Shown: positions 9,556 to 18,835, counted from the stretch's first letter. The stretch: DNA of 44,135 nucleotides from Candidatus Micrarchaeota archaeon (GCA_021163645.1 JAGGTN010000029.1:1-44135), one strand, 5' to 3'. Notes: generated by a model from the sequence alone, not told the origin. Numbers and translations are program-made.

Positions 9556-9861
9556 TCATGGCTTATCAAAATCAGGAATATTTTGAATCCTAACTGGGAT
9601 ATGAATATAATAAATCCCCTTTTCATCTTTTATGATTAGATTCTCTTTTTTGGTTAAGGCATCTAGGTTGATTAAAAATACACCTTTCCGCACTATCTTA
9701 ATATTTTCTATTGTCTTTGTTTTTTTATGATTTATTTTTCTATTTCCATTCTCACTTCTCTTTTTTAGCTTCTTATCATATCTTACAAAAACAGTTGACC
9801 CGCATTTACATCTGTCTTCACCAGGTTTTTTTGGAGTACCGCATTTGATACAAACATACAT
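9556..9861 (-). CDS. Small Zn-ribbon protein
   Basis: N-terminal CIKCGTPKKPGEDRCKCGS (CxxC..CxC) followed by a basic linker. It sits 18 nt downstream of the GTPase gene on the same strand. I recall a similar Zn-ribbon/GTPase pairing in archaea (DUF2072-like) but cannot verify it here. Confidence 0.6.
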   Translation of the reverse strand: MYVCIKCGTPKKPGEDRCKCGSTVFVRYDKKLKKRSENGNRKINHKKTKTIENIKIVRKGVFLINLDALTKKENLIIKDEKGIYYIHIPVRIQNIPDFDKP

Positions 9862-9879
9862 ATACTCACCTTTTATTTC

Positions 9880-10518
9880 TTACTTTCTTCTTTTACTGAA
9901 TCTACTGATAGCATTATAGAGCAATTCCATGTTTTCCCCTGTTAAAGCTGATATCTCAACAACCGGATAATCTGCGAATATCTCTTTGATTCTCTTTGAA
10001 TTTGAATCTTCCCTATCTATCTTATTTGCTACTATGATAACTGGTATATTCCGTGCTTCTATGTTTCCTAATAGTATAAAATTAGTCTGTGAATAAGGGT
10101 CTGATGTGGAATCGATTACCAATAATGCAGCATCAACCTTATCTAGAAATTTTATTGCTTCGATTATTCCTTTTGTTGCTTCCTTGGCTCTAACCTGCGC
10201 TTGCTCATATGACATACCATAATCAAGAAAATCTCTGTAATCTACCTTAACAGACATTCCTGGCATATCTAATAAGTTCATTATGAGCTTAAAGTTGTTT
10301 ATATTGATCTGAACTTTTTCTTTCTTTAATACTGTCCTGGTTTCATGCGGAATGATGGATACAGAACCCACAGGTTCACCGGTAAAGTCAATACTTATCC
10401 TATTCGCCAACGAGGTTTTTCCTACATTTGGCTCGCCGTAAAATCCTATTGTAATTTCTTTTTCTTTCTTGAATATTGAGATTAGCCAGTTAATATATCT
10501 CTTTATACTTAGAATCAT
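9880..10518 (-). CDS. Small GTP-binding protein (TRAFAC-class GTPase)
   Basis: G1 GEPNVGKTS, G3 DMPG, G4 NKID, 212 aa. Confidence 0.8.
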   Translation of the reverse strand: MILSIKRYINWLISIFKKEKEITIGFYGEPNVGKTSLANRISIDFTGEPVGSVSIIPHETRTVLKKEKVQININNFKLIMNLLDMPGMSVKVDYRDFLDYGMSYEQAQVRAKEATKGIIEAIKFLDKVDAALLVIDSTSDPYSQTNFILLGNIEARNIPVIIVANKIDREDSNSKRIKEIFADYPVVEISALTGENMELLYNAISRFSKRRK

Positions 10519-10608
10519 TTATCTATCACCAACATAAAATGAAATAATCAAATGAAGATATTATTGGGATAGTAATAATTTTAAACCCTTATTAAGAAAG
10601 ATAAGAAC

Positions 10609-11115
10609 ATGCAAATAATATATGCACCACCAAAAAAGATTATTTATATCTCAGAAATCAGACCTATACTTGAAGAAAAATTAGGGATAAAGCTAATCTT
10701 ACATGAGGATTACATAGAAATTAAAAGCCAAGATGCGAGTAATGAATATCTTTGTGTGGATGTTATTAAGGCAATTACTTATGGTTATGACTATAAAAAG
10801 GCGGTTAAACTAATAAGTCCTGAATATGATATGAAAGTTATAAACTTAAAGGATTTCATTAGCAATGAAAAGACGTTACATCGTCAGATTGGCAGATTGA
10901 TAGGGCTTAAAGGAGCTGTAAAAAGAAATATTGAAAGAGATGCTGATGTGAGCATAATAATAAAAGATTATAAGATAATAATATTAGGTCTCAGACCAGA
11001 TGTAGATGTTGCTGTTCAGGGTTTGTTGAAACTCATCTCTGGTGCGAAGCATTCTACAGTTTATAGATATATCATAGAACGCAAGCGTTCTGAATATTCT
11101 AGGGATTATGGTTAG
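10609..11115 (+). CDS. KH-domain RNA-binding protein (Dim2/Pno1-like)
   Basis: GxxG KH signature in IGRLIGLKGAVKRNIE. Two KH-like halves and the C-terminal GAKHSTVYRYI match my memory of archaeal Dim2-type proteins. Confidence 0.7.
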   Translation: MQIIYAPPKKIIYISEIRPILEEKLGIKLILHEDYIEIKSQDASNEYLCVDVIKAITYGYDYKKAVKLISPEYDMKVINLKDFISNEKTLHRQIGRLIGLKGAVKRNIERDADVSIIIKDYKIIILGLRPDVDVAVQGLLKLISGAKHSTVYRYIIERKRSEYSRDYG

Positions 11116-11194
11116 GATTTTTATTGTTTTTTTATTTGAAGATCAATTTACAGATGTTTGTAAATTCAATATTCTATTGTTGATAGGTGAGTGA

Positions 11195-12787
11195 ATGGCT
11201 AAAGATGTATTTACACAATTCAAAGAGCATTCAGTTGCAGAATTCTTTAAGAAGAATAAACAGATGCTAGGTTTTTCAGGTAAAATTAGATCACTTACTA
11301 CCATTGTTCATGAACTTGTTACCAATTCTTTAGATGCTGCAGAGGAAGGAAGGATATTGCCAGATATTGTTGTTGAAGTTAGTGAGATAAATAAAGATGA
11401 AGGGAGGTACTTAGTACATATTGAAGATAATGGAACAGGTATCCCTGAAAAGCTTATTGGTAAGGCATTGGGTATGATGCTGGCTGGTACAAAATTTCAT
11501 AGATATGTCCAACAGAGAGGTCAACAAGGAATCGGTGCTGCTGGGGTTACGATGTATTCACAATTGACAACTGGTAAATCGGTTAAAGTTATATCTGGAT
11601 ACAAAGGGAAAAAGGTTACATGTGAAGTTCTTATTGATATCAGAACAAATAAACCAAAAGTTAATATTCTTAATAGAGAACCTAGCGAATGGCATGGGTT
11701 AATATACGAAGCTGAAGTTAAAGATGTGAAATATGATAAGAGTTCTTACGGCGTGTATGAATATCTTAAGAGGACTGCGCTTGCAAATCCACATGCATCA
11801 ATAACATTCTTGGATCCTCTTGGTGAAAGGCACATTTTTCCCAGATCTGTTGATGTGATCCCTCCCAAACCCAAACCAGTAAAACCGCATCCGTTAGGGA
11901 TTTCTACAAGTGATTTAATTGATTTTGCACATTATTCAAAAGAACCCACATTGAGTTCATTCTTTAGGAATACCTTTTCTAGGATATCTCAGTTAAAACT
12001 TGATGAGCTTAGAAATTATTTACCAGATATTAATTTTCGTATGAAACCGAGAATGCTTTCATGGGAACAGGCTGATAGGATAGTTAGTGTTTTTAAGAAA
12101 ATAAAATGGATATCTCCATCTTCTGATGGTATATATCCTATTGGCGAAAAACAGATTAAGAAGTCAATTTATAATATACTGAATCCAGAATTCTGCGAGG
12201 TTGTTGAGCGTAAACCGAAAATATACCGCGGTGGTATTCCATTCATCGTTGAAGTTGGGCTTGCGTATGGTGGAGATGCAGGTAGAAAGATTGGTTCTTC
12301 AAGGAATGGTGATGTGATAAGGTTCGCTAATCGCGCGCCATTGTTGTTTGATGCTGGCGGTTGTGGGATCACCGATGCTGTTAAAAGCATAGATTGGAAA
12401 CGTTACGGCATAAAAAATTTTGATGACGCACCGATAACTTTGATTATAAATGTCTCGTCTGTACATATTCCTTACACTGGTGCAGGTAAACAAGCCTTGT
12501 CTAGTGAACAGGATCTTGTTGATGAAATTCGTAATGCTATAATGGACGTTGCTAGAAAAATGCAGATTCATATTCGTGGTAAGGTGAGAGAGCGAGAGCG
12601 TGCTACGAAAATAAAATCAATATTAAAATATGTTGAACAGCTTTCGATGGATTTAGCGGAGCTTGCAGATTATTCTGAGAGGGATAAAATAAACAAAAAA
12701 TTAATTAAACTTGTTGAGATAAAATATAGTAAGACCAAGAAACATAATGATAATGAAAGTGAATCAGATAACAGATCTGTGGACTGA
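11195..12787 (+). CDS. top6B: DNA topoisomerase VI subunit B
   Basis: GHKL/Bergerat ATPase motifs ELVTNSLDA, IEDNGTGIP, GQQGIGAAG. 530 aa, immediately upstream of top6A. Confidence 0.95.
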   Translation: MAKDVFTQFKEHSVAEFFKKNKQMLGFSGKIRSLTTIVHELVTNSLDAAEEGRILPDIVVEVSEINKDEGRYLVHIEDNGTGIPEKLIGKALGMMLAGTKFHRYVQQRGQQGIGAAGVTMYSQLTTGKSVKVISGYKGKKVTCEVLIDIRTNKPKVNILNREPSEWHGLIYEAEVKDVKYDKSSYGVYEYLKRTALANPHASITFLDPLGERHIFPRSVDVIPPKPKPVKPHPLGISTSDLIDFAHYSKEPTLSSFFRNTFSRISQLKLDELRNYLPDINFRMKPRMLSWEQADRIVSVFKKIKWISPSSDGIYPIGEKQIKKSIYNILNPEFCEVVERKPKIYRGGIPFIVEVGLAYGGDAGRKIGSSRNGDVIRFANRAPLLFDAGGCGITDAVKSIDWKRYGIKNFDDAPITLIINVSSVHIPYTGAGKQALSSEQDLVDEIRNAIMDVARKMQIHIRGKVRERERATKIKSILKYVEQLSMDLAELADYSERDKINKKLIKLVEIKYSKTKKHNDNESESDNRSVD

Positions 12788-12940
12788 TGGGCTTGGATGG
12801 GTTGAGTTGTTTTTTGGTTTTGATTGAGTTGATTTGTTCTTTTGGTTGGGGTTGGATGGGTTTTTGTTTTTTGTTTGGCTTGGATTGCTTTCTGGGGTTG
12901 GATTGTGTGATTGGTTGAGTTGGTTGGGTTTGGGTTAGAT
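12788..12940 (+). repeat. Almost pure G+T low-complexity intergenic tract
   Basis: About 150 nt with only 5 C and roughly a dozen A, made of TTGG/GGTT runs such as ggttggggttggatggg and gggcttggatggg. It shares short motifs with the reverse complement of 35097-35200. Confidence 0.85.
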
Positions 12941-12998
12941 TTCATTGTGATGGAATATGATTTGATTTAATGATTTGTATAATTCGGAGGTTGATGAT

Positions 12999-14090
12999 AT
13001 GTCTGATGTTGTAAAAAAATTAACTAATTTAGGGAAAAGTATGGTCAAAGAGATAAATAATAACTCTTCACCAACGTTCACAACTAAATTGAGGAGTAGA
13101 AGTAATATTAATTATGATGAATCCATAGGTGTCCTTAGGTTAGGCGATAAGAGGGAGGAAAGGACTTTTATAAATGTATCACAGGCAAGGCGGTTTATGC
13201 AGACCATTGCGGTGGCGAATAAGTGTAAGAAATTCCTTAATGAGAATTCGCATACAAGTATTAGAGGGCTTTATTATCAGTTAAAGTTTTCTTTAGGTGC
13301 TAATCTGGATGAGGAGTTATTCTCTGAGCAGGGGGAAAGTAATCCTTTAATTGAAGATTTAGAACTGGCGTTAGATGTTAAAAGGGAAGACCTCAATCTT
13401 AGTACTGCGCGTAAGGGAGTAGTGGCAGGACCAATGGTGTTGAAGGATAAGTTTGCAGGAGAGAAAGTTGAAATTGATTTGACCAAACAAGGAAGGTCTG
13501 GGTGGATGATACCTTCTGATGTAGATAATGGTATGGAGATCGATTCTATCAATGCTGAATGGGTATTGGTAGTTGAGAAAGATGCTATTTGGCAAAGGCT
13601 TAATGAAGATAAATTCTGGAAAAAAGAAGATTGTATCCTTATCTCACCGCAAGGTCAAGCGTCGCGTGGAGCGCGACGCTTGCTTCGCAAACTCGCAGAT
13701 AAAGGATTACCTATTATTGTATTTACGGATTGTGATGCATGGGGATGGTATATATATTGGACTATTAAAACAGGTTCTATGAACTTAGCCTATTTAGGAT
13801 TGGATATCGCTGTGCCAGAATCAAAATTCATCGGTGTGACAATGCAGGATATAAAGGATTATGATTTTCTTGATAAACTCACGATAACTGCAAAACCCAT
13901 TGATATCAAAAAAGCTCAAGATATGTTATCTTATCCTTGGATAAATATGCATAAGGAATGGGTTAAAGAACTCAAGACAGTAATAAAAACAAAGAAGAAG
14001 ATTGAACAGGATGCTTTGCAAGGGCCTAGATTATCATTCATAAGTGATTATCTTAGAGATAAAAAGGAAAATGAACGTTTCTTACCATAG
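12999..14090 (+). CDS. top6A: DNA topoisomerase VI subunit A (Spo11 family)
   Basis: Catalytic Tyr context IRGLYYQ. Toprim motifs VVEKDAIWQRL and FTDCDAWGWYI. The ATG at 12999 follows GGAGGT; the track start at 12975 is a TTG. Confidence 0.95.
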   Translation: MSDVVKKLTNLGKSMVKEINNNSSPTFTTKLRSRSNINYDESIGVLRLGDKREERTFINVSQARRFMQTIAVANKCKKFLNENSHTSIRGLYYQLKFSLGANLDEELFSEQGESNPLIEDLELALDVKREDLNLSTARKGVVAGPMVLKDKFAGEKVEIDLTKQGRSGWMIPSDVDNGMEIDSINAEWVLVVEKDAIWQRLNEDKFWKKEDCILISPQGQASRGARRLLRKLADKGLPIIVFTDCDAWGWYIYWTIKTGSMNLAYLGLDIAVPESKFIGVTMQDIKDYDFLDKLTITAKPIDIKKAQDMLSYPWINMHKEWVKELKTVIKTKKKIEQDALQGPRLSFISDYLRDKKENERFLP

Positions 14091-14098
14091 CTTATTTT

Positions 14099-14156
14099 AA
14101 TCAAATCAATCATCAACTAAAAACCAATAAAAAATCAGATGAACATAACAGTAAAA
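14099..14156 (+). repeat. Copy C of the ~58-nt CA-rich intergenic element
   Basis: aatcaaatcaatcatcaactaaaaaccaataaaaaatcagatgaacataacagtaaaa, located 9 nt after the top6A stop. Confidence 0.85.
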
Positions 14157-14223
14157 GTTCACATGTTTACAAATATCCAATACCTTTTTATTTATTAAAT
14201 GGCTAATGATATCAGGAGATCAT

Positions 14224-15585
14224 ATGGAATCGCTTAAACTGATAAATGAAGTAAATTCCTACTTAGATGAGTTGTCTAATTATAAAAAGGTAATTAGTAA
14301 TATGGACGAAATAATCGATATGGTTAAGAAATATAAAGAAGAAATGAGTAGTTTTGTGAACCCTTTTGGAAATATTAAAATTAACTTAGATGGTCTATCC
14401 GCCAATGAACTTAGTGAAGTTAGAAAACAAATAAAGATGATAAAGTATATTGCTTATCTTAAGAAGATCACACTTTTAAGGGCAAAACTGTCATTCTCAT
14501 CACTTGCAGTTGGTCAAAGGCTTATAAATGTCATGAAAGTTCCTGAAGAATCAGATTACCTGTCTTTTATTCCATATAATGGGAACCTTTTGGGTTATAT
14601 AAGCAGGTATGGGGTAATATCATCCATTTTATATTCACGTATGAAAGTGCTTCTATCATTAACTCATTTACCAGAACAACATAAGATAAAAATAAGGTAT
14701 AAGGATGAAAAGAATGATGAAAAGCAGGAGATTCTCATATTAACTAATATAAATGGTTTAAATAAGAAAATAAAGGAGAAGTATGGAGAAGATAGCGAAA
14801 TTCTCTCAATTGATCCTCTCAAAAAGCCTATTATTCGTAGTGGTCATGTGCGATCGGTGGTTTCATGTTATTATTCGTTGAAAGCTTGCGAAGAAAGATT
14901 TGAATCCTTAAGAAGAAAACATATAACTAATAAAATCAAGATGTATAAAAAGATAGTTTCAGGGGATGGTTTTGATGAATGGACTAGTTTGAATATTATA
15001 AGGGAACATCCAAAATTAATGGATAAGCTTATAGCTGGAGGTTTTGTTGATAAACGAATCTCTCAGTCGATAGATGAGAAAGAGTATGCCAGTGAGAATA
15101 TTGAATATGTCTATAATCAAGAATTTGAACCAGAAATTTTAATATATCGTAGAAGAATAATTGACAGTTTATCTTCATATGCGAAGAAAGATTTTCTCAA
15201 TCATTTATATATCTATTATATGACTACATCCAAAACATATCGAGAGAAAAATAATCTCTTTCCTACACTTGCCACAGAACCAAACGAAACTCAGTTATCT
15301 GTATTTGATGGTATCAGTTGGACTAATAAGGATGTATTATCAGAAAAGTTTAGGATAGAAAAGTTGGTTAAAGAAGATCATAAATATATCGGCCCTGCTC
15401 TTTATAAAATAAGACTTAATGAGGATGTAGAAAAGGTTGCTGAACGATTTAATGTTGATCCAGAAGGCCTTAAAAGGAATATAAAGATAATTTCATCATT
15501 GATTACTGGGAGAGGTAAAGAATTTTTAGAAAAGGTTAATTTTAGAAAGGGTCGATTTGCAATGGATAATGAGTGCAAGTTTTAA
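14224..15585 (+). CDS. Hypothetical protein (orphan, ~453 aa)
   Basis: Long uninterrupted ORF. The ATG at 14224 follows AGGAG; the track start is 14206. No motif recognised. Confidence 0.6.
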   Translation: MESLKLINEVNSYLDELSNYKKVISNMDEIIDMVKKYKEEMSSFVNPFGNIKINLDGLSANELSEVRKQIKMIKYIAYLKKITLLRAKLSFSSLAVGQRLINVMKVPEESDYLSFIPYNGNLLGYISRYGVISSILYSRMKVLLSLTHLPEQHKIKIRYKDEKNDEKQEILILTNINGLNKKIKEKYGEDSEILSIDPLKKPIIRSGHVRSVVSCYYSLKACEERFESLRRKHITNKIKMYKKIVSGDGFDEWTSLNIIREHPKLMDKLIAGGFVDKRISQSIDEKEYASENIEYVYNQEFEPEILIYRRRIIDSLSSYAKKDFLNHLYIYYMTTSKTYREKNNLFPTLATEPNETQLSVFDGISWTNKDVLSEKFRIEKLVKEDHKYIGPALYKIRLNEDVEKVAERFNVDPEGLKRNIKIISSLITGRGKEFLEKVNFRKGRFAMDNECKF

Positions 15586-15620
15586 AATGTTTAAAGTAAA
15601 GGAAAAAACATGGTGTGTTT

Positions 15621-16016
15621 ATGATAATATTAGCTGGTAAACGCGAAGATATTATCAAGATGATAGATCATCATCCTGAGATTACAGAAGTTTTTATTAA
15701 GGTTAAACCAAGTACTAAAATGTTAGCGTATCTATTAAATAATACGAACTTAAAAAAAATATATATTAGTAAAAATATATATCGAACAATTCCTTCCAAG
15801 GTAATTAGAGCGTTGGATGATATGAAAATTCGTGTTGAGATTGTTAAGCTCAAGCAGGGAAGACCTTTTGAGATAAATGATTTTATAATCAAAAGGGCTT
15901 TTAAACTTAAGGAGAGAGGTATGTCTGTAATTGACATCTCCCGAAAGCTTGGGATAAGCAGAAGGACATTGTATTATAGGTTTAATAAGATTGCTGGGCA
16001 TTCAAAAAATATATAA
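15621..16016 (+). CDS. Small DNA-binding protein with a resolvase-type C-terminal helix-turn-helix
   Basis: The C-terminal segment ERGMSVIDISRKLGISRRTLYYRFNK resembles the HTH of serine-recombinase/invertase-type proteins. No catalytic recombinase domain is present. Confidence 0.6.
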   Translation: MIILAGKREDIIKMIDHHPEITEVFIKVKPSTKMLAYLLNNTNLKKIYISKNIYRTIPSKVIRALDDMKIRVEIVKLKQGRPFEINDFIIKRAFKLKERGMSVIDISRKLGISRRTLYYRFNKIAGHSKNI

Positions 16017-16067
16017 ATGTTCCTGAGTAAATATTGTTCTTGGTATTCTCAGCTTGTACTGAGAATA

Positions 16068-16175
16068 TTACCTTCATGCCCCGGTCAGACAACCTTTTTT
16101 GGTTGTAACCCGTGGCATTCGTTACCTTCATGCCCCGGTCAGACAACCTTTTTTGGTTGTAACCCGTGGCATTCG
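16068..16175 (+). repeat. Two identical 54-nt tandem units, plus a 17-nt third partial copy running into tRNA-Asn
   Basis: Unit ttaccttcatgccccggtcagacaaccttttttggttgtaacccgtggcattcg occurs at 16068-16121 and 16122-16175, 100% identical. Each unit contains the tRNA leader and 5-prime end (tcatGCCCCGGT) and folds as a hairpin. Confidence 0.9.
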
Positions 16176-16185
16176 TTCCACTCAT

Positions 16186-16356
16186 GCCCCGGTAGCTTAG
16201 TGGTAGAGCGTTCGGCTGTTATGCACATTCTTTCATAAGGAAAGAACCTGCGCTAAGAAATAGAAGTTTTTTATGGAAATAGAAGTACTGGGAGAAAACT
16301 AGGGTCCTTTCAGTCCCGAAACCGAAAGGTCGGCGGTTCGAATCCGCCCCGGGGCG
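16186..16356 (+). tRNA. tRNA-Asn (anticodon GTT) with a 99-nt intron at the canonical 37/38 position
   Basis: Hand-folded. Acceptor GCCCCGG/CCGGGGC, D-arm GCTT-AGTGGTA-GAGC, anticodon stem TTCGG/CCGAA with loop CT-GTT-A|A. Variable AGGTC, T-arm GGCGG-TTCGAAT-CCGCC, discriminator G. Exons 16186-16221 and 16321-16356; intron 16222-16320. No encoded CCA. Confidence 0.8.
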
Positions 16357-16380
16357 TGAGATATTGCTTGTATTTTAACA

Positions 16381-17172
16381 GTGGTGATTTATGTGGCAGA
16401 ATTTATTTTATCAAAGAAGTGGAAAAAACAAGGATGGAATTTTGATAAGAAATTCATTGTGGCGGATGATGCATCTTTTTTTATTGTGCTAAATGAGTTC
16501 ATACCAGAAATTCAGGAAGGTATATATTCTTTATTTGATACTAAGGGAATTGAAAAGCTTCTGAAAGATTATAATTATCAAATATGTAAATTACCAAATA
16601 GTCGTAAAATGGCCGGGTATGTTAACATGCCTCGCCATTTCATAGAATTGATGAAACCGATGATTGTATATGCAATATTGAAAAAAGAAGGATTATTACC
16701 TTGGTTCAACCAACAATACCTGGCTAAAAAGTTAGGGATTGTTATACCAAAACATACATCGAGTGGTATTGATTATGAGAACATCAGTTTAATAAGCAAC
16801 TATGATAAATTTGTTAGTATTAAAAAATTGGCAATTGAAGATGACACAACTGTACATGATACTCTATCTATGTTTGTGAGTATCATGTATTCTTTATTGA
16901 ATATGCGTAGTGAACTGATAAGCAAGCTTGGTATGGATGAATCCATACCGGATGAGTGTAGAGAACTTAATCTATCCAAGAATTTCAAAGGTCTCTCCAA
17001 GCTGATAGATTATGCGAAGAAGAATAAATATTCTCCTATCATTCTTAATAAGCTTCTTAATAATATTGGTATGTCTCCATTTATAGATCCTAATAAGTTT
17101 AATTCGGTATATAAGGATCCAGAACTCAAATATCTGAAGATAAAAGTCAAAAGGAAGAAGAGGAAGAAATGA
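16381..17172 (+). CDS. Hypothetical protein with a Lys-rich C-terminal tail
   Basis: 263-aa ORF with a GTG start in the track, ending KIKVKRKKRKK. No recognised motif. Confidence 0.55.
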   Translation: MVIYVAEFILSKKWKKQGWNFDKKFIVADDASFFIVLNEFIPEIQEGIYSLFDTKGIEKLLKDYNYQICKLPNSRKMAGYVNMPRHFIELMKPMIVYAILKKEGLLPWFNQQYLAKKLGIVIPKHTSSGIDYENISLISNYDKFVSIKKLAIEDDTTVHDTLSMFVSIMYSLLNMRSELISKLGMDESIPDECRELNLSKNFKGLSKLIDYAKKNKYSPIILNKLLNNIGMSPFIDPNKFNSVYKDPELKYLKIKVKRKKRKK

Positions 17173-17263
17173 TGTTTTGAATTATTGATTCTTAAGATTT
17201 ATGGTTTGAAAGAAGTAAATAATAGAATAACAAAATAATTAAGACAGATAAAAAGGTGTAGAG

Positions 17264-18835
17264 ATGAATGTCAAGGGTGCTTCAGATGGCAAGAGAGAGT
17301 TTTATATAACTACTCCAATTTATTACCCAAATGCCCTACCGCATGTTGGTACGGCCTATACGACGATAATTGCTGATTTTGTTGCAAGATTTAAACGTTC
17401 TCAGGGTTATGATGTTTTTTTCCTTACTGGTAATGATGAACACGGAATGAAAATTGCTAGGGTTGCTGAGAAAAATGGGATGACTCCACAAGAATTTGTT
17501 GATGGGTTGGCAGAGAAATTCAAAGATGTATGGAAGCAATTGGGAATAACCTATAATCGTTTTATAAGAACAACTGATAAAGATCATGAGAAGACAGTGA
17601 AGGAAATCATTATAAAATCAAACAAAAACGGGGACATATACAAAGGATATTACGAAGGATATTATTGTGTTGATTGTGAACAATATTATACTGAAAAAGA
17701 TTTAGTTGATGGTAAATGTCCAATTCATAACAAGCCATTGGAGATATTGAGTATGGAATCTTATTTCTTTAAATTAAGTGCATATCAAGACAGGTTATTA
17801 AAATTTTATAAAGATAATAAAGAATTTTTACCTTCCAAGTATAAGCAAGAGGTTATTAATAGGGTAAAGAAAGGATTGAGGGATATAAGTATATCCAGGC
17901 CTAAGAGGTATCTTACATGGGGGATTGAATTTCCACTTGATCAGAATCATGTGACTTATGTTTGGTTTGATGCTCTCACCAATTACTTAACAGGAATAGG
18001 TTATTCATGTAGCGAGAATGAAAAGAATAAAGAAATGTTTAACAGATATTGGCCCGCTGATATTCATTTCATTGGTAAAGATATTACCTGGTTTCATTGC
18101 GTGATTTGGCCTGCGATACTGATGTCAGTAGGTTTGCCATTACCAAAACGAGTAGGGATAAATGGTTTTCTTAGCGTTGATGGCCAGAAGATAAGCAAAT
18201 CTTTAGGCAATGCTATTGATCCTGTATCTATTTGTGATTATTATGAAACAATTGATGTTCTGAGATATTATCTACTTCGTGAGATCCCTTTTGGTAGTGA
18301 TGGAGATTTTTCACGTTCCTCATTAAAAGAAAGGTATAATAATGAGCTTGTAAACGAATACAGTAATCTTGTAAATAGGGTGTTTGTCATGTTCTCAAAA
18401 TATTGTTCTAAATCTCATAATGGCAATATTGATTATGATGACAGTTTATGGCAAGGTACTGATGAGATAATCAAATCTTACATCAAACATATTGATCGAC
18501 TTGAATTTAAACAAGCCATAGATACGATCTGGCAATTAATATCTAAAGCTAATTCTTACATAAATGAAAAAGAACCTTGGAAGCTTGCGAAAGGAGATGA
18601 TGGATCAGGAAATGGATTAGAAAAAGCAGCTAAGGTCATTTATTCATTAATAGAATATCTCGGGATAATAAATAGTCTATTTGCTCCAATCCTTCCATCA
18701 TCTTCTGAAAAACTTGCTAAACATCTTGGTTTAAAAGAGCCTATTCGTATATCAGAATTGAAACAGTTTGGTAAGAATATTGATATTGATAGGGTGAATC
18801 ATAAGGGTCTTATTTTATATAGAAGAAAAGAATAG
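17264..18835 (+). CDS. metG: Methionyl-tRNA synthetase
   Basis: HIGH-region variant YPNALPHVGTAYT, KMSKS variant KISKSLGN, zinc knuckle CVDCEQ..CPIH. 523 aa with no C-terminal Trbp111-like extension. Confidence 0.95.
   Translation: MNVKGASDGKREFYITTPIYYPNALPHVGTAYTTIIADFVARFKRSQGYDVFFLTGNDEHGMKIARVAEKNGMTPQEFVDGLAEKFKDVWKQLGITYNRFIRTTDKDHEKTVKEIIIKSNKNGDIYKGYYEGYYCVDCEQYYTEKDLVDGKCPIHNKPLEILSMESYFFKLSAYQDRLLKFYKDNKEFLPSKYKQEVINRVKKGLRDISISRPKRYLTWGIEFPLDQNHVTYVWFDALTNYLTGIGYSCSENEKNKEMFNRYWPADIHFIGKDITWFHCVIWPAILMSVGLPLPKRVGINGFLSVDGQKISKSLGNAIDPVSICDYYETIDVLRYYLLREIPFGSDGDFSRSSLKERYNNELVNEYSNLVNRVFVMFSKYCSKSHNGNIDYDDSLWQGTDEIIKSYIKHIDRLEFKQAIDTIWQLISKANSYINEKEPWKLAKGDDGSGNGLEKAAKVIYSLIEYLGIINSLFAPILPSSSEKLAKHLGLKEPIRISELKQFGKNIDIDRVNHKGLILYRRKE

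Noticed and set aside
12670-12945. 91-aa minus-strand ORF (MKSNPNPTNSTNHTIQPQ...)
   Set aside because: It is a Pro/Thr/Asn/Gln low-complexity translation of the C+A strand of the G+T tract, and it overlaps the end of top6B.
15982-16238. Two overlapping ORFs (67 aa minus, 73 aa plus) with internally repeated peptides. The repeats were also considered as a possible mini-CRISPR.
   Set aside because: The repeated peptides simply translate the identical 54-nt tandem units. The units are directly adjacent with no spacers, so they are not a CRISPR array, and the + ORF runs into the tRNA.
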